This document shows, piece after piece, positions 1 through 4,679 of a stretch of 18,845 nt of DNA. The first letter of the stretch is position 1. Every line of letters starts with the position of its first letter. The notes beneath the pieces were generated by a model. That model was not told where the DNA came from, ran no database searches, and was given only the letters and a program-made list of their open reading frames with translations. Origin of the DNA: a virus; IMG/VR virus record IMGVR_UViG_3300013383_000091; one strand, written 5' to 3'. Made by a program: the position numbers and the translations under genes.

Positions 1-188
1 GGTGGGAGGCATGGGCGTTTGGGAATTTTTTCCCAATCTGTTTTTTATTTGTGTTTTTTGTTTTTTGCTTTTTGTTGTTTTTTTTGGTTCTAATCATTTT
101 GTTATCTCCTTTGTTTTCTATTTATTATGATACCACGTTTTTTATTTTCCGCACGGCGTGTTTAAAAAAATTGCCGTATTTTTTTTGT

Positions 189-234
189 TACGGTTACGTA
201 ACCGTAGGTCATATAGGCTAATGACCATTAGCCT
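189..234. promoter_or_regulatory. Two palindromes upstream of the ITR promoter (candidate operator or origin-protein binding sites)
   Basis: TACGGTTACGTAACCGTA (189..206) is a perfect 18-bp palindrome. AGGCTAATG-AC-CATTAGCCT (215..234) has 9-bp arms. Both lie 65-110 bp upstream of the candidate -10. Function is inferred. Confidence 0.4.
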
Positions 235-275
235 TGTTTCGGGAATATTCGTTCTCTTTTTTCGGCGTGTCGCGC

Positions 276-304
276 TTGTTTTGTTTCTAAGTTTGTTGTA
301 TATT
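276..304 (+). promoter_or_regulatory. Candidate early promoter of the left ITR
   Basis: -35 TTGTTT (276..281), 17-nt spacer, -10 TATATT (299..304). It lies ~45 nt upstream of the first ITR gene in an AT-rich leader. The match was judged by eye only. Confidence 0.4.
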
Positions 305-351
305 TATTTATGTCAGCAAAGGTTGCTGGCGAAGTTAGGGAAGGTTGCACA

Positions 352-549
352 ATGCTGAATATCAATATGGCTACCGCTAGGGATTACGTCGAAAACTACA
401 TCACCAACAGCGGCATGGACGTTTCCGACTATTGCATCGATCAGGCGGCATCCGACCTTGTGGACTACGTGGACACTTACGGCGTTGACGGCTATGATGG
501 CGTCCCGTCCGATGAATTCACGGATATCGTGGCACAATCTGCTCGCTGA
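352..549 (+). CDS. Hypothetical very acidic 65-aa early protein (ITR copy 1)
   Basis: ATG at 352 is preceded by GGGAAGG (338..344) with a 7-nt spacer; stop TGA at 547..549. The product has 11 Asp + 2 Glu versus 2 Arg and a recurring (V/S)DY motif. The longer track ORF from 310 has no RBS. An identical copy lies at 18297..18494. Confidence 0.7.
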   Translation: MLNINMATARDYVENYITNSGMDVSDYCIDQAASDLVDYVDTYGVDGYDGVPSDEFTDIVAQSAR

Positions 550-565
550 AAGAGAGGATCATATC

Positions 566-811
566 ATGGCAACGAAGAATGTGGCTCGCTTTATCATTTG
601 GAATGACGGCTATAGGCTTGAAATGTTCAATGCGGGGGATGATGTCGATGTTTCGCTGGACGGTGTTCAGCCGCTTGCGAGAATGTTGAAGGGCATTATC
701 GACGTGGCTCAGACTCGCTACCCGCATCATACCATTGAGCTGAATCGTGCGAAGTTCTGCGAGGAAGAGGTTGGTAAGCCGTTTCTCGTGGGTGTGGTGA
801 GTATCGTATGA
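566..811 (+). CDS. Hypothetical 81-aa early protein (ITR copy 1)
   Basis: ATG at 566 is preceded by GAGAGGA (552..558) with a 7-nt spacer; stop TGA at 809..811. The track ORF from 458 overlaps the previous gene and lacks an RBS. An identical copy lies at 18035..18280. Confidence 0.7.
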   Translation: MATKNVARFIIWNDGYRLEMFNAGDDVDVSLDGVQPLARMLKGIIDVAQTRYPHHTIELNRAKFCEEEVGKPFLVGVVSIV

Positions 812-870
812 CGCCGCGCAAGGGGCGTCCCTGCCGCCTGTATGACGTTCGGATTGACGATGGTGACTGA
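808..870 (+). pseudogene. 20-codon remnant of the third right-end early gene, cut by the ITR boundary
   Basis: An ATGA stop/start overlap occurs at 808..811, exactly as at the right end (18035..18038). Codons 1-4 (MTPR) match the 81-aa gene 17793..18038. The sequence then diverges at the ITR edge and stops after 20 codons (MTPRKGRPCRLYDVRIDDGD). Confidence 0.4.
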
Positions 871-890
871 TCGTCAAGTCTCTTGGTAAA

Positions 891-924
891 GCAAAAACCC
901 CGGCCGTATGGTCGGGGTTTTTGC
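891..924. terminator. Bidirectional rho-independent terminator between convergent left-ITR genes and the lysis cassette
   Basis: GCAAAAACCCCGGCC / GGTCGGGGTTTTTGC forms a 15-bp stem (one G-U pair) with loop GTAT. A5/T5 runs at the stem base give a U-tract in either orientation. Confidence 0.8.
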
Positions 925-937
925 TTGTGACTACCTA

Positions 938-966
938 GTGGGACGTAAGAGAGTGAACCGTCCCAC
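938..966 (-). other. Additional hairpin just downstream of the endolysin stop
   Basis: GTGGGACG (938..945) pairs with CGTCCCAC (959..966), giving an 8-bp stem and a 13-nt loop. Function unknown. Confidence 0.4.
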
Positions 967-979
967 GTTAGCTAGTATA

Positions 980-1624
980 TCACTTGAGGTAGGGCGTGCC
1001 GTTTGCCGGCCGATATGCGAGATAACGTGTTTTGCCGCTTGCTCCGGTGTAGTGCGCCCACTCATAGCCGTCCGCAATAATAGTGCCGCTTGCGAGATTC
1101 ACCGTTTCGCCACGCCGGTAGGTGGCTACGATTCTGCCGGATGTGCTTGGCCTGTCGCGCACGTTGAGCGCCGTCACGTTGACTGTGTACTTGCGTGTCG
1201 TAACACCGGCTGCGGTTTTATCCAGCACGCGGGGGTGGAGGTAGCCGATGATCCCGTTTTTGCCGATGTTCATGGCCTTGGCCTTGTTGGGGTTCTGGCT
1301 CACGCAATGGACGGTGTTGCCGTTGTCCTTCAGCACGATGGCCACGTGATTCATTCCGGCGCGTTTCCAGAACGCCACGTCACCTTTTACCGGCGTGTAG
1401 GACGCCGGTTTTTTGGAGAACACGCGCTGTAGTACGGTATCCTGAGCATATTTGGTGAGGTACACGCTTGCCGCGTATCCGTCCGTGGTGTTTGTGTCCC
1501 GTTGGGGAACATTGTATACGTGTTGGGCGTAGTGGCTCCACAAGTCCCAGCATTGCCCGCCATATGCGTGATCTACGTCTATGGTCTTGCCTTCGATCGA
1601 TTTAATCCATTCGTCTATGGTCAT
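980..1624 (-). CDS. Endolysin, N-terminal CHAP peptidase/amidase plus C-terminal SH3b-like wall-binding domain
   Basis: 214 aa. CHAP signature AYGGQCWDLW (catalytic Cys) with a downstream NHVAIV His. The C-terminal YTVNVTALNVRDRPSTSGRIVATYRRGETV...GYEWAHY is SH3b-like. RBS AAAGGAAGGA lies 7 nt before the ATG. Terminal position after the holin. Confidence 0.9.
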   Translation of the reverse strand: MTIDEWIKSIEGKTIDVDHAYGGQCWDLWSHYAQHVYNVPQRDTNTTDGYAASVYLTKYAQDTVLQRVFSKKPASYTPVKGDVAFWKRAGMNHVAIVLKDNGNTVHCVSQNPNKAKAMNIGKNGIIGYLHPRVLDKTAAGVTTRKYTVNVTALNVRDRPSTSGRIVATYRRGETVNLASGTIIADGYEWAHYTGASGKTRYLAYRPANGTPYLK

Positions 1625-1639
1625 GGTGTCGTCCTTCCT

Positions 1640-1825
1640 TTAGATTCCCGATATTTCGACCATGCGTGCCAGTCCGATCATGTAGCAGACGGCGATGACC
1701 GCCAGCAACAGTCCGGCGTAGAACCATGCTTCGCGTGTCTTGGTGGTGAAACGGCTGATGCCGAACACGGTCAGTCCGAATATCAGCAGCATGGTCAGCA
1801 CCCAGAATGCCATGATCTGATTCAC
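1640..1825 (-). CDS. Small two-TMD membrane protein (lysis accessory or second holin-like component)
   Basis: 61 aa with two hydrophobic helices. The GTG start overlaps the holin stop (GTGA), with AAGGA 6 nt upstream. An alternative ATG lies at 1813. It sits between holin and endolysin. Confidence 0.6.
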   Translation of the reverse strand: MNQIMAFWVLTMLLIFGLTVFGISRFTTKTREAWFYAGLLLAVIAVCYMIGLARMVEISGI

Positions 1826-2193
1826 TTGCTGTCCTTATCGGTTTTTGTGGTCACGGTTGCGAAGATGTGCATGAACGGCGCTTGGTCGAGTTCGGGGCTG
1901 ATGGCGGTGATGTTCTCCAGAATCGACGTGAGTTCGATGAGACAGATACCGCCGACCACGCACGCGAACACGTCCACGGGGAGGCCGAGTTGCGTATGCA
2001 CGTTGAACGTGTCGATGGCGTAGGCCACGAATACGAGCATGAGATAGGCGAATTTGTGCCCCAGTCCCTCACGCATTTTGCGGCTGCTGAGGTTGTTCGC
2101 CATGACGGCCTTGACTACGCCGGTGACGTAATCCATGATGATGAAGAACGCGACGGCTAACATGCACCATTCGTCGGTTGTGCTGATCTGCAT
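1822..2193 (-). CDS. Holin (phage_holin_4/TcdE-like family)
   Basis: 123 aa with three hydrophobic segments. The N-terminal pattern IIMDYVTGVVKAVMANNLSSRKMREGLGHK is typical of this holin family. RBS AGGAGG lies 8 nt before the ATG. The C-terminus is charged. Confidence 0.85.
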   Translation of the reverse strand: MQISTTDEWCMLAVAFFIIMDYVTGVVKAVMANNLSSRKMREGLGHKFAYLMLVFVAYAIDTFNVHTQLGLPVDVFACVVGGICLIELTSILENITAISPELDQAPFMHIFATVTTKTDKDSK

Positions 2194-2211
2194 TTATGTT
2201 TACCTCCTGTA

Positions 2212-3276
2212 TTATTTGCCTAGCAAATCGCCCACGATGAGCGCAAAATCCGATTTGACCTGTGGCGTGTCGAAACGCAGCCGTCCCAAGCGATAGCCGG
2301 TGGTGAGCCGTCGTGTCACATCGTCCGATTTTTTGATATACCACGTGTCTTCGTCAACGTGTGTGGCGCACAGTGTGTAGGTGGGGCGATGGTTGTCCTT
2401 GGGGATACGACGTGACACGTATTGGCTTACGGTGCCGTCCGTGTCCATGCTGACCCAGATGCCGAAACGCGCGTAATCCTCCGTGTCCAGCACGTAGGAA
2501 AGTTCCGCCGTATCGGGTATGTCCGCGATCAGGCCGTCCGTTTCGTCCCGGAATTTGTTACGTATCGCATAATCGGCATAGTCTGCATCATATGATTCAA
2601 GGAACCGCCCGAACTTGGATTGAGCGACTTTCGCACTGAAGCCGCCATAGTCCGCCAGCTCCAAGCAGATGAAGCCGCCACAATACAAGCGGTATTGCTG
2701 TTGCTTGGACTGCTGCACGCCGATATCCAACCGGTATTTCGCAAAATACGGATTAGCCTTCTGGACGGCATTGGACAAAAATAGAACCTTTGTCCTATCC
2801 TGCCACCTGTCCACGGTGTTGTAGAATTCGGAAAAAGAATTGACCTCATTGCTGAGGAAACGCAGATTATCTGGGAATATCTCGTCGAAAATGATGAGAT
2901 GCACTTTGGGGTAGGCCACGGACTTCAGCCCCCCGGCCTGTGATAGGGCAATGAAGTAACAGCATGTGCGCCAGTCCTTCTCGTCCCAATCGCACTTGTG
3001 CAATTGGCCTTTTTCCCCGTTGACGCGAAACTCGTAGTCGGGGAAAAACGCCTGTATGTCCTTGAAGAACGTCTCTTTACGGTGCTGTTCCACGTCGGTG
3101 CGGCGCAGATAGATGAATTCGTGGCCGTGCTTCAGATATTCGCGGATTCCATACCTTTTCGCGGCAAACGTCTTGCCCAGTCCGCGCGCGCCGATCACGA
3201 AATTCCACGGGGCATTCCGGGTGAGTAGATTGTGTAGGTCGTAGTAATCGCCTTCGTTCAGCGTCTTCAACGCCAT
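2212..3276 (-). CDS. DNA encapsidation (packaging) ATPase, phi29 gp16-like
   Basis: 354 aa. Walker A NFVIGARGLGKT is nearly identical to the remembered phi29 gp16 NFVIGARGIGKS, followed by FIYLRR. Walker B is HLIIFDEI. RBS GAGAGGTGG precedes the ATG. Confidence 0.93.
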   Translation of the reverse strand: MALKTLNEGDYYDLHNLLTRNAPWNFVIGARGLGKTFAAKRYGIREYLKHGHEFIYLRRTDVEQHRKETFFKDIQAFFPDYEFRVNGEKGQLHKCDWDEKDWRTCCYFIALSQAGGLKSVAYPKVHLIIFDEIFPDNLRFLSNEVNSFSEFYNTVDRWQDRTKVLFLSNAVQKANPYFAKYRLDIGVQQSKQQQYRLYCGGFICLELADYGGFSAKVAQSKFGRFLESYDADYADYAIRNKFRDETDGLIADIPDTAELSYVLDTEDYARFGIWVSMDTDGTVSQYVSRRIPKDNHRPTYTLCATHVDEDTWYIKKSDDVTRRLTTGYRLGRLRFDTPQVKSDFALIVGDLLGK

Positions 3277-3299
3277 GTCCCACCTCTCTTTATATCAAG

Positions 3300-3396
3300 A
3301 TACCCCGCGCCACATGACCGCGCGGGGTATTCTCTGACTGCCCATGCATGTCGCTGAAGCCAAGCGCGGGCAAGGTTGCGAACCCGCCGACATGCA
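3300..3396 (-). other. Structured intergenic element (two strong stem-loops) between tail lysin and packaging ATPase genes
   Basis: Stem-loop A: 3300..3310 pairs with 3320..3330 (11 bp, GC-rich, 9-nt loop). Stem-loop B: an outer 9-bp stem 3345..3353/3388..3396 encloses an inner 5-bp stem 3366..3370/3383..3387 and a possible 3-bp side arm. Neither has a clear U-tract. Confidence 0.5.
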
Positions 3397-3403
3397 CGAT
3401 TTA

Positions 3404-3412
3404 ATTATATCA
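3404..3412 (-). promoter_or_regulatory. Candidate extended -10 promoter (TGATATAAT) directly after the tail lysin stop
   Basis: The minus strand reads TAG-TA-TGATATAAT-TAAATCG. This is a perfect TGnTATAAT with no obvious -35. It would start a transcript at about 3397, at the foot of stem-loop B. Confidence 0.3.
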
Positions 3413-3414
3413 TA

Positions 3415-4635
3415 CTAGAAGGCTGGTGGATTACTTTTCCCGTCCCACACGCTCAGCAGACTATAGGCGGTATTATAGCGCGTCGTATACGGCGTGAAGG
3501 GGTAGGTGGCTAGGATATTCGCCTTCAGCCCCGTAAGATCGCTTGCCTTGGGCACCTTCAAAGCGTTCGCCGGTGACTGATGATAGGCCGTGACCCAAAG
3601 AATCTGCATCCTCATATCGTCATATGTCTTCGGATATCCGGCGTAATCCTCCGCGAACTGCCTGCGCTGGCCTTCGCGTGATTCGCTTCTCGCCGCCCAT
3701 GTGCGGAACGCGGCCGCTTCGGCGGAGGTCATGGCGCGACTGAAGTCACCACCCGATTCCATGAGCGCCGCCACCTGCGGGGCGGCCGTTTTGAACGCCT
3801 GATAGCCGGTGGCGTCCGCTTCCCTCATTTTTTTCAACACCTCTAGGCGGCGTCCGAAACTCCATTGCGCTATCCCAATGCCCTGAAGGTTCGATTCCAC
3901 GGCGTCCCACCGGCATGATGATTCCACCGAGCCGACCACATACAAGGCGTAAGAGTTTTCCGAGCTTACCGAGCTGGACGGCGTGGAGTGTCCTTTGTCG
4001 TCCGTGGGCTGTGACTGCGACGCCTTTTCCACCCAATTGTTGGCCGTTGATTTCCAGAAGGTGCGTACTTTGGAGCCATGGTTGTCTGTCTCATGGAGGT
4101 AGAGGTGATCGCCCTCACTGTGAATCCACGCGCCGCCACGGGTTGAATCGGATGAGCCTTTGTTGTCGTCCCCGGTGGGGTTATTCTCGGTGGGCGTGCT
4201 ACCGCCACCGGTGCCCAAGTTCTTGGGGTGGAGATAGCCGAGAAACGCGGTGAGCGTGAAGGTCATGCGTTGCGCGGGGTTAGGGTTCTGCGACAATACC
4301 GTTATACTGTTGTCGTGCACGCCGTCTTCGAGCACTATGCTCACGTGCGAGCCGGTGTGTTCGCTGGAGAAATTCCAGAACGCCACATCACCTTTCACCG
4401 GCGAATAGTCGGCGGGCTTCTTCTCGAATATCTCTCCCATTTTCGCATTCGTGGGAAATCGTGTGTAATTGCCTTCCGCATAACCAGTGGGCGTAATGCA
4501 TTCGCTGACCGAGCAGCCATATAAGTCCATGCAGTATTTCGCCCACAAGTCCCAGCATTGCGCACCATACGCGCCGTCCATATCCCAGTAGCGCCCCTGC
4601 GTTTGCGCTACCCATTGGTCGAAAGTAATAGCCAT
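3415..4635 (-). CDS. Tail-associated cell-wall hydrolase: N-terminal CHAP plus C-terminal phi29 gp13-like lysozyme domain
   Basis: 406 aa. The N-terminus is a paralogue of the endolysin CHAP (AYGAQCWDLW, KKPADYSPVKGDVAFW, SQNPN, GYLHP). A Gly/Ser/Thr linker follows. The C-terminal VESSCRWDAVES...GIGIAQWS resembles the gp13 lysozyme motif SES...GLVQW. Its position corresponds to phi29 gene 13. Confidence 0.85.
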   Translation of the reverse strand: MAITFDQWVAQTQGRYWDMDGAYGAQCWDLWAKYCMDLYGCSVSECITPTGYAEGNYTRFPTNAKMGEIFEKKPADYSPVKGDVAFWNFSSEHTGSHVSIVLEDGVHDNSITVLSQNPNPAQRMTFTLTAFLGYLHPKNLGTGGGSTPTENNPTGDDNKGSSDSTRGGAWIHSEGDHLYLHETDNHGSKVRTFWKSTANNWVEKASQSQPTDDKGHSTPSSSVSSENSYALYVVGSVESSCRWDAVESNLQGIGIAQWSFGRRLEVLKKMREADATGYQAFKTAAPQVAALMESGGDFSRAMTSAEAAAFRTWAARSESREGQRRQFAEDYAGYPKTYDDMRMQILWVTAYHQSPANALKVPKASDLTGLKANILATYPFTPYTTRYNTAYSLLSVWDGKSNPPAF

Positions 4636-4663
4636 GTCACCATATTATAGTGACATGGCTATT
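4627..4663 (-). other. Perfect 14-bp hairpin enclosing the tail lysin start codon, with TATAAT in the loop
   Basis: AATAGCCATGTCAC (4627..4640) pairs with GTGACATGGCTATT (4650..4663). The 9-nt loop reads TATAATATG on the minus strand. The ATG at 4633..4635 lies inside the stem, and no SD precedes it. Confidence 0.6.
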
Positions 4664-4679
4664 GCTGTTATGTGATTTC

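Larger units (their letters stand above)
1..820. repeat. Left inverted terminal repeat (ITR) of a linear genome
   Basis: 1..820 is the exact reverse complement of 18026..18845. I checked this by eye over the first ~130 nt and at the inner boundary. It is also implied by identical mirrored ORF translations (310..549 = 18297..18536; 458..811 = 18035..18388). Identity breaks at 821/18025, with a residual 6-nt match to 827/18019. Confidence 0.93.

Noticed and set aside
158-358. 66-aa hydrophobic ORF (MFKKIAVFFLLRL...) in the ITR leader, mirrored at 18488..18688
   Set aside because: It is a translation of the T-rich, low-complexity leader and so is Phe/Leu-rich by composition. It has no RBS. It runs across both palindromes and the candidate promoter and overlaps the acidic-protein gene start. 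It is most likely non-coding.
310-549. Longer 79-aa version of the acidic ITR gene, and 117-aa version (458..811) of the second ITR gene
   Set aside because: The upstream extensions lack ribosome-binding sites, and the 117-aa version overlaps gene 1 by 92 nt. Internal ATGs at 352 and 566 each have a well-spaced purine-rich SD.
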